Shown in pieces: positions 16,717-26,537 of a stretch of DNA of 64,000 nt. This stretch comes from an uncultured Gammaproteobacteria bacterium (GTDB lineage: Bacteria > Patescibacteriota > Patescibacteriia > Patescibacteriales > GWC2-42-12). The notes beneath the pieces are model-generated. The model did not search any database. It had not been told where the DNA came from and saw only the letters and a program-made list of their open reading frames with translations. Made by a program: the position numbers and the translations under genes. Where the stretch lies: the NCBI GenBank assembly GCA_964560005.1, contig CAZLKB010000002.1, forward strand, positions 128,381 to 192,380, written 5' to 3'. Each line of letters starts with the position of its first letter. The first letter of the stretch is position 1.

Positions 16717-18195
16717 ATGGATTTTGAGGTTAATTTACAACCCATCAATGACCTGGTCAATCTACCATCAGATCAGCTGATGTTTGTTTTATTATATTAT
16801 GTGGGTTGGATTCCGATTGCTCTTACCTTCCTTTGGGGAGTAATCCAGGTTTGGCTTAGATATATCAGATTGGCTTACGGAGCTAGTGAAAAAACCGTTT
16901 TGTTGGCTATTGATATTCCCCGAGGCAATGTTCAGACTCCAATGGCGGTAGAAAATATATTTTCTTATTTGGCCGGCGCCCATAGTACCCAGGATCTGTA
17001 TGAAAAATGGTGGCTGGGCCAATGGCAATTATATTTTAGTTTTGAAATCGTTAGCATTGAGGGCTATATTCAATTTTTAATTTGGACACCGGAAAAATAC
17101 CGCTACCTGGTTGATGCCGCGATTTATTCCCAATATCCCGACGCGGAAATCACCGAAGTCAACGATTATACCGAAGGCACCCCTAATCATTTTCCCGATG
17201 AACAGTATGATATTTTCGGCGGCGAATTCGTTTTAACTAAGAATTCGGTTTATCCGATAAAGACCTATAAGCATTTTGAACATATGATGGGAGAGCCGGA
17301 AACCCAGTTTAAGGATCCGATGGCGGCGTTAATGGATTTAATGAGCAACCTGAAAAAGGGAGAGCAACTATGGTATCACATTTTAGTCATCCCGATCAGC
17401 GATAAATGGAACCAGATAGGCGATCAAGAAATCATGAAAATAATCGGAGAAAAGAGCAGTAGAAATAACTTTGTTGACAAAATAACCGATTGGATTATTA
17501 AGGCTATGACCGAGCTTAGCGAGATAGTTTTTGAACTTTGGGGCGATATTGAAGATGAAAAAAAACCCGAGGAGAAAGAAGCGCAATTTAAAATGATGAA
17601 TTTAAAGCCTAGGCAGAAAAAACAAGTCGAGGAAATTCAGGAGAAAGTGAGCAAATTGGGTTTTGAAGTTAAAATCAGGTATGTTTATATAGCCAGGAAA
17701 GAAGCCATGAACAAAAATAAAGTTACTTACGGCATAACCGGTTATATGAAACAATTTAATTTTAATGATTTAAATTCATATAAGCCCGATGTCGGCGACG
17801 GCGGCACCATAACCAAGCTAAAATATGAAAAATTATTCGGAAAATACCGCTTGAATTATAGAAAAAATAAATTGATATTAGCCTATAAATATAGAAGCGA
17901 TGTCAGGGGGCGCCTGCCCCATATTCTTAATACTGAAGAGTTAGCCACGATTTGGCACTTTCCTACTGAACTTTCAGTGAAAGCGCCCCTGATCCAAAAA
18001 ACATCCGGGAAAAAAGCTGAGCCGCCTTCCAGCCTGCCCGTTATAAAGGAAAGTTCGGTCAGGGAATTATCGGTAGACGGCAGAGTAAATTTTGATTTAT
18101 TTGATTTAGAAAATGATTCAGGCGGCAAAAAACTTAATGCCCGGATCAGGCCCGAGGTTAAATCCCAGCCGCCCAGTAATTTACCGGTGGTATAA
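16717..18195 (+). CDS. Membrane-anchored hypothetical protein (partner of the downstream ATPase)
   Basis: 492 aa with an N-terminal TM hairpin, then a soluble domain. The C-terminal tail has repeated PPSSLPV / PPSNLPV. Confidence 0.6.
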   Translation: MDFEVNLQPINDLVNLPSDQLMFVLLYYVGWIPIALTFLWGVIQVWLRYIRLAYGASEKTVLLAIDIPRGNVQTPMAVENIFSYLAGAHSTQDLYEKWWLGQWQLYFSFEIVSIEGYIQFLIWTPEKYRYLVDAAIYSQYPDAEITEVNDYTEGTPNHFPDEQYDIFGGEFVLTKNSVYPIKTYKHFEHMMGEPETQFKDPMAALMDLMSNLKKGEQLWYHILVIPISDKWNQIGDQEIMKIIGEKSSRNNFVDKITDWIIKAMTELSEIVFELWGDIEDEKKPEEKEAQFKMMNLKPRQKKQVEEIQEKVSKLGFEVKIRYVYIARKEAMNKNKVTYGITGYMKQFNFNDLNSYKPDVGDGGTITKLKYEKLFGKYRLNYRKNKLILAYKYRSDVRGRLPHILNTEELATIWHFPTELSVKAPLIQKTSGKKAEPPSSLPVIKESSVRELSVDGRVNFDLFDLENDSGGKKLNARIRPEVKSQPPSNLPVV

Positions 18196-18325
18196 TACAA
18201 GTGTAAAATGAAAATCTGAAAATGCAAAATGACAATGCAAAAAGTAAAATACAAATTTCTAATTTTCCTATTTCTAATTATTGACAAATTTTTATTGTCT
18301 AATAGTCAATAATTAGAAATTAGTT

Positions 18326-18382
18326 ATTGGGATTTGACCCGCCTCGCGTCGACGAGCGACAGCGAGTCGAGGCGGGTTAGGT
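18326..18382. repeat. 57-bp GC-rich hairpin repeat, copy 1
   Basis: ATTGGGATTTGACCCGCCTCGCGTCGACGAGCGACAGCGAGTCGAGGCGGGTTAGGT is identical to 46897-46953. Stem: ACCCGCCTCG/CGAGGCGGGT. Confidence 0.85.
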
Positions 18383-18424
18383 TAATTAGGAATTAGAGTA
18401 ATTAGATATTTTGCATTTTTAACT

Positions 18425-18474
18425 GTCATTGCTCTGCAATGACCCCGCATCTGCGGGGTGCTAGCGGAGCTAGC
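18425..18474. repeat. Three-hairpin module, copy A
   Basis: GTCATTGCTCTGCAATGAC / CCCCGCATCTGCGGGG / GCTAGCGGAGCTAGC. The exact reverse complement occurs at 43299-43348. Confidence 0.85.
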
Positions 18475-18511
18475 ATTTTTAACTTTGATTTTTCAACTTT
18501 TAATTATTATT

Positions 18512-20221
18512 ATGTCAGAAGAAATCGCGGTTTTTGCGGAAACCAATTTTCGCAACCAATTTAGAAAATTCGGCATTAAACTGGACGATCGGCGCCGGCA
18601 TATGTATTTAGTGGGTAAAACCGGCATGGGTAAGTCCACGGTTTTGGAAAATTTAATTATTGACGATATCAGGCAGGGTAAGGGAGTCATGGTGGTGGAT
18701 CCTCATGGCGATTTGGCCGAAAAAATTATTGAGTATATTCCTACCAGCCGGATTAACGATGTAATTTATTTTAATCCGGCTGACATTGAATTCCCGATCG
18801 CCTTTAATGTAGTAGAGCAGGTAGAACCTCATTTAAGGCACTTGGTAGCCTCGGGCTTAATCGGAGTTTTTAAAAAGCTTTGGGCGGATTCCTGGGGACC
18901 CAGGCTTGAGTATATTTTACGCAATGCGATTTTGGCGATTTTGGATTATCCGGGATCCACTCTGCTGGCGATTACCAGAATGCTGGCGGATAAAAATTTT
19001 AGAAAAAAAGTTATTGAAAAAATTCAGGATCCGGTGGTTAAGTCTTTTTGGGTCAATGAATTCTCCAGCTACGCTAATAATTTCGCTTCCGAGGCGGTCT
19101 CGCCGATTCAAAATAAGGTTGGCCAGTTTTTATCCAGCTCGCTGATTAGAAACATTGTCGGCCAAGTAAAATCATCTATTGATTTAAGAGAGGTGATGGA
19201 TGGTGGAAAAATTTTAATTATGAACTTAAGCAAGGGTAGAATCGGCGAAGATAACTCCGCGCTATTAGGCGCGATGATGATAACCAAGACCCAATTGTCG
19301 GTTATGAGCCGGGTTGATATTTTAGAAAAAGATCGAAGAGATTTTTATCTTTATATTGATGAATTTCAAAATTTTACGACTGAAAGTTTCGCCAACATCC
19401 TTTCCGAAGCCAGAAAATACAGATTAAATTTGATTATGGCTCATCAATATATTGAACAGCTTGGCGAAATCGTCAAGCCGGCGGTTTTCGGCAATGTCGG
19501 CACCTTGATTGTTTTTAGGGTTGGCGCAACCGATGCTGAAGAATTGGTGAAAGAGTTTACCCCGGTATTTTTGGAGGAGGATTTGGTGAATTTATCAAAA
19601 TATGAATTTTACATTAAATTAATGATTGACGGCGTTTCGTCGGATCCTTTTTCCGCTCGCGGACTGCCCCCTTTGAACGAAGAAGAGAAAACCGATAACA
19701 AAGAAAAAGTTATTAAAGTCTCGCGCGAAAGATACGCCAAGCAGAGGGCAACGGTGGAAGATAAAATCATCCGCTGGCATACGAACAATGAAGAAATTGA
19801 AGATAATCATGATAAGACAACCGGAAAGCACGATCCCAGAGAGCAGTCCTGGAGAGCGGGCGAAAGGCGCAAGGATTCAATAAACGCGTCCTCGGCTTTA
19901 GCCGAAGCGGATGAGATTAAACCTCAATTGCGGCCGCGAAGGGATAATCAGCCTGATAAGCAGAAACACGAAGCTGTCTGCAGCCGTTGCGGCAGGTCAA
20001 CCCAAGTGTCATTTCTGCCGGACGGGATTAGGCCGATTTTTTGCAAAGACTGCCTGGTTCTGATTAAGGATGAAAAGAAGAAGGAAATTGAACTTAGATT
20101 AAGAGCTAAACAGCAAGAACTATCCGAAATAGGCTTAATTTCCGGCGGGAAAAGCGGCGAAAAAAATTCTACCGGGCGAAGCCGGCCTCTTGGCCGCGAT
20201 ATGAGCGGCGGGGTAGCTTAA
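18512..20221 (+). CDS. VirD4/TraD/HerA-like P-loop ATPase with C-terminal zinc-ribbon tail
   Basis: Walker A GKTGMGKST and Walker B LYIDEFQNF. The charged tail ends in CSRCGRSTQVSFLPDGIRPIFCKDC. The ATG at 18512 is preferred, because the tracked GTG start lies inside the repeat. Confidence 0.75.
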   Translation: MSEEIAVFAETNFRNQFRKFGIKLDDRRRHMYLVGKTGMGKSTVLENLIIDDIRQGKGVMVVDPHGDLAEKIIEYIPTSRINDVIYFNPADIEFPIAFNVVEQVEPHLRHLVASGLIGVFKKLWADSWGPRLEYILRNAILAILDYPGSTLLAITRMLADKNFRKKVIEKIQDPVVKSFWVNEFSSYANNFASEAVSPIQNKVGQFLSSSLIRNIVGQVKSSIDLREVMDGGKILIMNLSKGRIGEDNSALLGAMMITKTQLSVMSRVDILEKDRRDFYLYIDEFQNFTTESFANILSEARKYRLNLIMAHQYIEQLGEIVKPAVFGNVGTLIVFRVGATDAEELVKEFTPVFLEEDLVNLSKYEFYIKLMIDGVSSDPFSARGLPPLNEEEKTDNKEKVIKVSRERYAKQRATVEDKIIRWHTNNEEIEDNHDKTTGKHDPREQSWRAGERRKDSINASSALAEADEIKPQLRPRRDNQPDKQKHEAVCSRCGRSTQVSFLPDGIRPIFCKDCLVLIKDEKKKEIELRLRAKQQELSEIGLISGGKSGEKNSTGRSRPLGRDMSGGVA

Positions 20222-20277
20222 TTAACTGATTAAATAGCCGGAATTAAATAAAAAAATAACTTTTTCATTAATTTTAT

Positions 20278-21036
20278 ATGACGATAAAAACCAGTTTGCA
20301 TATTCATACCTTTGAAGACCAGGTGGAAGGCTATATGATTAAATATAATATTTATCAGCTTATAGACTGGGCGGAACAATTAAATTTTAAGGTTTTAGGG
20401 TTAACCTGCCATAAAAAATTCGTTTATCAAGAAGATTATGTTCAATATGCCGCGAAAAAAGGAATCCTGCTTTTATTAGGCGTAGAACTGCAGATGAAAA
20501 AAAAGGTTAAACGCAATGATTTGATAATTTTAAATATAGATCCCAAGGAAGCGGCCGAAGTAGAAAAAATAAACAGTTTTGAAAAGCTAGCGGACTATAA
20601 GAAAAAACACCAAGAAATTTTTATTTTAGCGCCGCACCCTTTGGCCACCAGGCTTATTTCCATGGGTAAAAAGAAATTAGTTAAGCATATTGAATTATTT
20701 GATGGCGTAGAGCATTGCTGGTGCTATTCGCGGCATTTGTTAAATTCTAATAAAAAAACCAAGAAAATAATTGAAAAATTCAACAAGCCTTTTTTGGCGA
20801 CTTCAGATGCCCATGTCTTGAAGTATTTTAACACCGATTATATTCTGATTGAATCAGACAGACTTGATCCGGGAAGTATTTTCTCTGCCATTAAGCGAGG
20901 TGATTTTACCAATGTCACCAAGCCTAAAAAGCTGTATCAGTTGTTTTGGTGCCTGGCTAGCCAGCAGATCAAGAAATATATTTTTTCTATCATTAAATAT
21001 AAACAAAATCAAAAAAAGCAGTTACGACTGGCCTAA
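20278..21036 (+). CDS. PHP-domain metal-dependent phosphoesterase
   Basis: N-terminal LHIHT motif, with later His/Asp ligands (APHP, SDAH) typical of the PHP fold. Confidence 0.6.
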   Translation: MTIKTSLHIHTFEDQVEGYMIKYNIYQLIDWAEQLNFKVLGLTCHKKFVYQEDYVQYAAKKGILLLLGVELQMKKKVKRNDLIILNIDPKEAAEVEKINSFEKLADYKKKHQEIFILAPHPLATRLISMGKKKLVKHIELFDGVEHCWCYSRHLLNSNKKTKKIIEKFNKPFLATSDAHVLKYFNTDYILIESDRLDPGSIFSAIKRGDFTNVTKPKKLYQLFWCLASQQIKKYIFSIIKYKQNQKKQLRLA

Positions 21037-21069
21037 ACTCTGGATTCCCATAATTTGCGCTCGATTAAT

Positions 21070-22617
21070 ATGGACTATTTAAAAATCAGCAAAGCTTCTG
21101 ACTTGACCGGTTCCAAGGATAGGAAGCTTTTTCGTATCCTGGAAATTTTGCCGGGTTTCTTATCTTGGGCGACGCTTATAATTTTACTCATACTTTCCTG
21201 GCTTAAACCCGCCTGGGTGGCTTATTTTATTATTGCTTTTGATGTCTATTGGCTGCTCTTGGTAATTTATTTGGGTATCAACCTTTTTGCCGCCAGCGTT
21301 AAGATGAAGCGAAATATGAAAATCGATTGGCGCCAAAGATGCGAGAAATTATCTGCCGGCGCCGGAATTAATTTTAATTGGTCAGAGGTGATTCATTTGA
21401 TTATTTTTCCAACTTATAACGAAAGTTTGGAGGTAATCAGACCCAGTTTCCAGGCGCTGATAAAAGACGGTTATCCGACCGATAAAATGATCGTGGTATT
21501 AGCTATAGAAGAGCGGGCGGGAGAAGAAGCTAAGGCCAGGGCTCGCATAATAGAGCAAGAATTTGGCGGTAAGTTCAAGCATTTTTTAATTTCCGTCCAT
21601 CCCGAGAACATCCCCGGCGAGTTAAAAGGCAAGGGAGCCAACCAGGCCTGGGCGGCCCAGCAGGCCAAGCTGAAAATTATAGATAAATTTAAATATGAAT
21701 ACGATAAGATATTAATCAGTGTTTTTGATATGGACACGGTCGTGATTCCGGGGTATTTCCATTGCTTAACTTATAAATTTTTAACGGTTGAAAATCCCTA
21801 TCGGGCAAGCTATCAGCCGATTCCAATTTATCATAATAATATCTGGCAAGCGCCTTTTTTTTCCAGAGTAGCCGCTTCATCCAACACCTTTTGGCAGATG
21901 ATGCAGCAGATCAGACAGGAAAAACTAGCAACTTATTCCTCGCATTCCATGACCTGGCGGGCCTTAGTTGATATTGATTACTGGTCAACTAATATGGTAA
22001 GCGAGGATTCGCGTATTTTTTGGCATTGCTATTGCTATTACCGAGGCGATTATAGGGTTGAACCTTTATATTTTCCGGTTTCCATGGATGTCTGCATGGA
22101 TTTGACCACCTGGCAAACCATGAGGAATTTATATAAGCAGCAAAGGCGCTGGGGCTGGGGGGTGGAAAATCTGCCGTACCTGATGTTTAACGCGATCAAG
22201 GAAAGAAAAATTTTACCGATGGGAAAGATGATCAATAAAATATTAGTCCAGCTTTACGGCTTTCATTCCTGGACTACCAACGCCTTAATTATCGGCGTTA
22301 TCGGCTGGATGCCGATGATTTTGGGCGGAGATAATTTTAACATTACCGTTTTATCCAGCAATTTACCGGTAGTATCGCGAACCCTGATGGTTGTCGCCAT
22401 GATCGGCATGGTCTTTTCGGCGATTATTTCAACCCTGCTCCTGCCCAAGCGTCCGGCGCGATATAGTATTATTAAAAGCGTTGTCATGGTATTGCAATGG
22501 CTTATTTTGCCGGTAAGTATCATTATTTTCGGGTCAATCCCGGCCCTGGAAGCGCAGACCAGATTAATGCTAGGCAAATACATGGGTTTTTGGGTAACGC
22601 CGAAAATAAGAAAATAA
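21070..22617 (+). CDS. Membrane-embedded processive family-2 glycosyltransferase (cellulose/chitin-synthase-like)
   Basis: N- and C-terminal TM bundles around a GT2 core. Has FDMD and the QQRRWGWG (QxxRW) motif. The ATG at 21070 is preferred. Confidence 0.75.
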   Translation: MDYLKISKASDLTGSKDRKLFRILEILPGFLSWATLIILLILSWLKPAWVAYFIIAFDVYWLLLVIYLGINLFAASVKMKRNMKIDWRQRCEKLSAGAGINFNWSEVIHLIIFPTYNESLEVIRPSFQALIKDGYPTDKMIVVLAIEERAGEEAKARARIIEQEFGGKFKHFLISVHPENIPGELKGKGANQAWAAQQAKLKIIDKFKYEYDKILISVFDMDTVVIPGYFHCLTYKFLTVENPYRASYQPIPIYHNNIWQAPFFSRVAASSNTFWQMMQQIRQEKLATYSSHSMTWRALVDIDYWSTNMVSEDSRIFWHCYCYYRGDYRVEPLYFPVSMDVCMDLTTWQTMRNLYKQQRRWGWGVENLPYLMFNAIKERKILPMGKMINKILVQLYGFHSWTTNALIIGVIGWMPMILGGDNFNITVLSSNLPVVSRTLMVVAMIGMVFSAIISTLLLPKRPARYSIIKSVVMVLQWLILPVSIIIFGSIPALEAQTRLMLGKYMGFWVTPKIRK

Positions 22618-22755
22618 ATTTTTAATTTTTAATTTTGTAATTTTATAAATAATTTTTAATGTCTAATTTTTAAATATTAAAAATTTAAACATTATTTAAA
22701 AATTATAAAATTATAAAATTAAAAATTGTTAAAGTATGATATAATATAACTAAAT
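22618..22755. repeat. AT-rich palindrome (AATTTTTAATTTTGTAATTTT word family)
   Basis: The left arm AATTTTTAATTTTGTAATTTTATA is mirrored by TATAAAATTATAAAATTAAAAATT. The left arm is nearly identical to that at 693-720. Confidence 0.65.
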
Positions 22756-23208
22756 ATGATCAAAGGCGTAATAATAAAAAAAATTTTTAAAAACGAAGAC
22801 GACCGAGGTTGGTTAGCGGAAATTTACCGCTGTGATGAGATTAGTTTTCAACCAGCCATGAGCTATGTTAGCGCCACTAAACCGGGAGTGATTCGCGGGC
22901 CGCACGAGCATAAATTCCAAAGCGATTGCTTTATATTTATTGGACCGGGAAATTTTGAGTTGCATCTTTGGGATGGTCGTAAAACCGGTGTAACCGATAG
23001 TGAACATATTAAAATATCAGTAGGAGAAAATAACCCGACGCTGGTAATTGTTCCTCCCGGAGTGGTGCACGGTTATAAATGCGTCGGGGAGCAAGACGGC
23101 TGGTGCTTGAATTTTCCGGACAAATTATATAGAGGCGAAGGCAAAAATAAAGAGCTGGACGAAATCAGGTGGGAAAACGACCCGGAGTCGCCGTATAAGA
23201 TAGGGTAG
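22756..23208 (+). CDS. rfbC: dTDP-4-dehydrorhamnose 3,5-epimerase-like cupin
   Basis: 150-aa cupin with DDRGWLAE, IRGPHEHK, VVHGY. Other rml genes lie in the same cluster. Confidence 0.6.
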   Translation: MIKGVIIKKIFKNEDDRGWLAEIYRCDEISFQPAMSYVSATKPGVIRGPHEHKFQSDCFIFIGPGNFELHLWDGRKTGVTDSEHIKISVGENNPTLVIVPPGVVHGYKCVGEQDGWCLNFPDKLYRGEGKNKELDEIRWENDPESPYKIG

Positions 23209-23347
23209 CAATTTTTAAATTTTATAATTTTCCCCCATCCGGAGGCAAGTAATTTTTAAATAATGCTTAAATTTTTAATATTTTAATATTAGGTAATTAA
23301 TAATTATTTATAAAATTACAAAATTAAAAAATTAAAAATTTTATTTT
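23209..23347. repeat. AT-rich palindrome of the same word family, with a small GC insert
   Basis: AATTTTTAAATTTTATAATTTT ... ATAAAATTACAAAATTAAAAAATTAAAAATT. The GC insert is CCCCCATCCGGAGGCAAG. Confidence 0.6.
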
Positions 23348-23749
23348 ATGTCTTGTATCTTTTGTAAAATTATCAATGGCGAAATCCCAAGCTATAAAGT
23401 ATATGAAGATGAATATACCCTAGCTTTTTTAGATATTGGCCCGGTTAATCCGGGACATACTTTAGTGATACCTAAAAAACATTTTGCCAATATTGAAGCA
23501 GCCGATGAAAAAACCCTGTGCCGGGTTATCAATACCGTGAAAAAAGTCGGTTTGAGCTTAAAGAAGAATTTGGGAGTGGCGGGATATAATATTTTGGAGG
23601 CTAATGATCCGGTCGCAGGCCAAAGCGTACCGCATCTGCATTTTCATCTAGTGCCAAGATCGGAAAATGACGGGTTAAACTTATGGCCGCAGAAAAAAAA
23701 TAAGGCAGGTGAAGCAGAAGAAATTTTAAAGAAAATTAAAATTATATAA
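23348..23749 (+). CDS. HIT family nucleotide hydrolase/transferase
   Basis: Histidine triad HLHFHLVP, and an N-terminal CIFCKI motif. Confidence 0.85.
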   Translation: MSCIFCKIINGEIPSYKVYEDEYTLAFLDIGPVNPGHTLVIPKKHFANIEAADEKTLCRVINTVKKVGLSLKKNLGVAGYNILEANDPVAGQSVPHLHFHLVPRSENDGLNLWPQKKNKAGEAEEILKKIKII

Positions 23750-24360
23750 TGACAGCCGCTACCTTTTCTACAATTTTGTCATGGGTTATAGCCAGCGGTT
23801 ATACAATGATTTTTGCCGCTATTATTGTCGGCGGCCCGGTGTTTATTTCCGCCGCCGCTTTTGCCGCGGCCTTGGGTTATTTTAATGTTTATATAATTTT
23901 TTCTCTGGCTTTTTTCGGAGAAATGGCGGTTGATATCCTGTTATTTTTAATCGGAGATTTTAGCCGCGCTCCGCTGGTGGAAAGGTTCGGCCATTGGTTC
24001 GGCTTAACCAAGAAAAGGATTTTAAAGCTGGAAAAATTATTAATTAAACATAGCTGGAAAACCCTGTTAATCATTAAATATTCTCCCATTATACCGATGC
24101 CAGGCTTTGTCATCGCCGGCGCCGCCAAACTGCCGTTTAAAAGATTCTTTTATATTTTATTGGTTCTGAGCCTGCCTAAGGCCGTTTTTTTTACTCTGAT
24201 CGGCTATTATTTCGGCATGGCTTATCAGACCTATGCCAAATATTTTTATTATAGCGAATATTTTATTGTCATTATAATCATTATTTTTATAGCGATTAAT
24301 TATTTATTCAGCCGTCTTTCAAAAAAAATCGCTGAATCCGCTGAAGAAATTGAATCATAA
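23749..24360 (+). CDS. DedA/VTT-domain membrane protein
   Basis: 203-aa polytopic membrane protein with DedA-like layout. Its start overlaps the HIT gene stop (ATAATG). Confidence 0.6.
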   Translation: MTAATFSTILSWVIASGYTMIFAAIIVGGPVFISAAAFAAALGYFNVYIIFSLAFFGEMAVDILLFLIGDFSRAPLVERFGHWFGLTKKRILKLEKLLIKHSWKTLLIIKYSPIIPMPGFVIAGAAKLPFKRFFYILLVLSLPKAVFFTLIGYYFGMAYQTYAKYFYYSEYFIVIIIIIFIAINYLFSRLSKKIAESAEEIES

Positions 24361-24363
24361 TTT

Positions 24364-25551
24364 ATGAAGATAGCGATATTTTCCGACAATTTTTATCCGG
24401 AATTAAGCGGTATTTCCGATTCTATCTTATTATTGGCGGAAGAGTTGGCTAAATTAGGCCATGAAGTGGGGTTTTTTACGCCGAAATACAGCGAGAAAAA
24501 TTATCAAGCGATAAATCTGCCGGTAGGGGAATTGTCGCTTGGCAACAATATTAAAATATATCGTTTATCCGCTTTGCCGGCGCCGTTCGCCGGCATTCAA
24601 GCTAGGCTGGTGATGCCTTTTTTCTCAGGGGCAATCTTTAAAAAGTTTAAACCTGATCTTATCCATTCCCAGCTTTTTTTTGGCGCCGGCTTAGAGGCGA
24701 TGAGGCGAGCCAATCTGGGAAAACTGCCTTTTTTAGGAACAAATCATACGGCGATTACCGAATTTATAAAATCCGCTCCTTGCTGTTTGGCCTTTTTTAA
24801 AAAAATAAGTTTAAAATATTCAATCTGGTACTATAATCATTGTGATTTTGTGACCGCCCCCTCGGAGTCGGTGTTTAAGGAAATGAATCAATATGGTTTT
24901 AAGCGGCCGCATCAGGTTATTTCCAATCCGATTGACATAAAAACTTTTGGCTTGGCTGAAAATAAGCCGGAGCTAAAACGACGATTTAAGCTTTCTGCCA
25001 AGACGATTGTCTATGCCGGCAGGCTGTCTTCGGAAAAAAATATTGAGGTGGTAATCAGAGCGGTCGCTCTAGCCAAAAAAAGAGTTGATAATATAAATTT
25101 AGCCATTGCCGGCGCGGGTAAGTCTGAGGGCGAGCTTAGGCGGCTGGTAAAAGATTTGAGCCTAGAGAATGAAGTTAAATTTTTCGGCGCTTTAAGCAAA
25201 GAAAATTTAGCCGAACTGTATCAAGCCTCGGAAGTTTTTTCCATCGCCTCAACTTCAGATACTCAAAGCCTGACCTTAATGCAAGCCATGGCTTGCGGTT
25301 TGCCGGCGGTAGTAGTGGACTCTAGAGCCTTGCCGGAATATGTCAACAGTCAAAATGGTTATGTGGTGCCGGTAGGCGACTACGAGGCCATGGCGGAAAA
25401 ATTCATTCTACTTTTAGAAAATCAAGAATTGCGCTTTAAGCTAAGCCAAGGCGCTTATAATTTCGTCCAGCGGTTTTCTGCCGCCAACATTGCCAAAGAA
25501 TGGGAAAAGCTGTATAAAAGAGTTATTAATAATTATCGTATAAAATTATGA
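24364..25551 (+). CDS. Family-4 (GT-B) glycosyltransferase
   Basis: N-terminal FYPELSGISD, and C-terminal EVFSIASTSDTQSLTLMQAMACGLPAVV (EX7E-type region). Confidence 0.8.
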   Translation: MKIAIFSDNFYPELSGISDSILLLAEELAKLGHEVGFFTPKYSEKNYQAINLPVGELSLGNNIKIYRLSALPAPFAGIQARLVMPFFSGAIFKKFKPDLIHSQLFFGAGLEAMRRANLGKLPFLGTNHTAITEFIKSAPCCLAFFKKISLKYSIWYYNHCDFVTAPSESVFKEMNQYGFKRPHQVISNPIDIKTFGLAENKPELKRRFKLSAKTIVYAGRLSSEKNIEVVIRAVALAKKRVDNINLAIAGAGKSEGELRRLVKDLSLENEVKFFGALSKENLAELYQASEVFSIASTSDTQSLTLMQAMACGLPAVVVDSRALPEYVNSQNGYVVPVGDYEAMAEKFILLLENQELRFKLSQGAYNFVQRFSAANIAKEWEKLYKRVINNYRIKL

Positions 25552-26318
25552 AATTAAGCATCGTTATACCCGCCTACAACGAAGATAAGTATATAGGGAA
25601 ATGCATAGAATCAATCTTCAGCGCCATGGCGGGCAGCCGCTATGAGGTTGAAGTGATTGTGATTAATAATGCCAGCACGGACAAAACCAGAGAGGTGGCT
25701 TTGAGCTATAGCCGGGTTAAAGTTTTTGATGAACTGAAAAAGGGGACTAATCAAGCCCGCCAGCTGGGGTTAATTAAATCCACCGGAGATTTAATAGCCA
25801 ACATTGACGCCGATAACATGATTAGCCGAGATTGGCTAAATACTGTTTTTAAAGAATTTAGTAATAATCCCAAGCTCGTTGCCCTAAGCGGTCCGTACAT
25901 ATTCTATGATGTTTCCCCGATACAACGGTTCACCGCTAAGTTGTATTACTGGCTGGCTTATCCGGTCTATGTTATAAATAACAGATTGTTTAAAAAGGGC
26001 GGGGCAGTCATGGGCGGAAATGTGGTAATAAAAAAATCCGCTTTGGAACAGATTGGCGGCTACAACACGGCTTTAACATTTTATGGCGACGATACGGATA
26101 CGGCTATCCGTTTAAGCAAGGTTGGATTGGTAAAATTTAATTACAAATTTTTAGTTCAATCTTCCGGGCGCAGGCTGAAAGATGAAGGCATAATCAGCGC
26201 CGGCTGGCGTTATTTAATAAATCACCTTTCCATGTCGTTTTTTAAAAAGCCATATTATAACGCGAAAGAGGATCTCCGCTATAAATACAAAAAAACTATT
26301 GCGAAAATTAAACAGTAA
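25548..26318 (+). CDS. Family-2 glycosyltransferase
   Basis: LSIVIPAYNE start and a DAD (DxD) motif. Confidence 0.8.
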   Translation: MKLSIVIPAYNEDKYIGKCIESIFSAMAGSRYEVEVIVINNASTDKTREVALSYSRVKVFDELKKGTNQARQLGLIKSTGDLIANIDADNMISRDWLNTVFKEFSNNPKLVALSGPYIFYDVSPIQRFTAKLYYWLAYPVYVINNRLFKKGGAVMGGNVVIKKSALEQIGGYNTALTFYGDDTDTAIRLSKVGLVKFNYKFLVQSSGRRLKDEGIISAGWRYLINHLSMSFFKKPYYNAKEDLRYKYKKTIAKIKQ

Positions 26319-26319
26319 A

Positions 26320-26504
26320 GTTTGCCGGCCTTAAGTATTTATTTATCGCTTCGGATGAAATTTAAGTATTTTTTCTTAAAATTATAATAAACTGGGTCTG
26401 GATAATTTTAAGAAAAAATAATACAATTTCACCACCGCTCTTTTTTTTAGCTCAGAGGAAGGCACCGAGGAGCCGCTCTAAATAAATACCTAAGGCCGGC
26501 AAAG
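26320..26504. repeat. Long-range inverted repeat with nested palindrome, upstream of rfbB
   Basis: GTTTGCCGGCCTTAAGTATTTATTTA (26320-26345) pairs with TAAATAAATACCTAAGGCCGGCAAAG (26479-26504). Inner pair: CTTAAAATTAT/ATAATTTTAAG. Confidence 0.7.
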
Positions 26505-26537
26505 AATAGCGCAAATTTTATAATTAAGCATATTTTT

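Larger units (their letters stand above)
18196..18511. repeat. Composite AT-rich palindrome with embedded GC hairpin modules
   Basis: TGTAAAATG/CTAATT words in the left arm are mirrored by AATTAG/CATTTT words in the right arm. GC modules are inserted at 18326-18382 and 18425-18474. Confidence 0.7.

Noticed and set aside
18458-18511. GTG-initiated N-terminal extension of the ATPase gene
   Set aside because: The extension is encoded by the three-hairpin repeat module and the AT-rich palindrome arm. The ATG at 18512 has the TTATTATTATG context typical of this genome.
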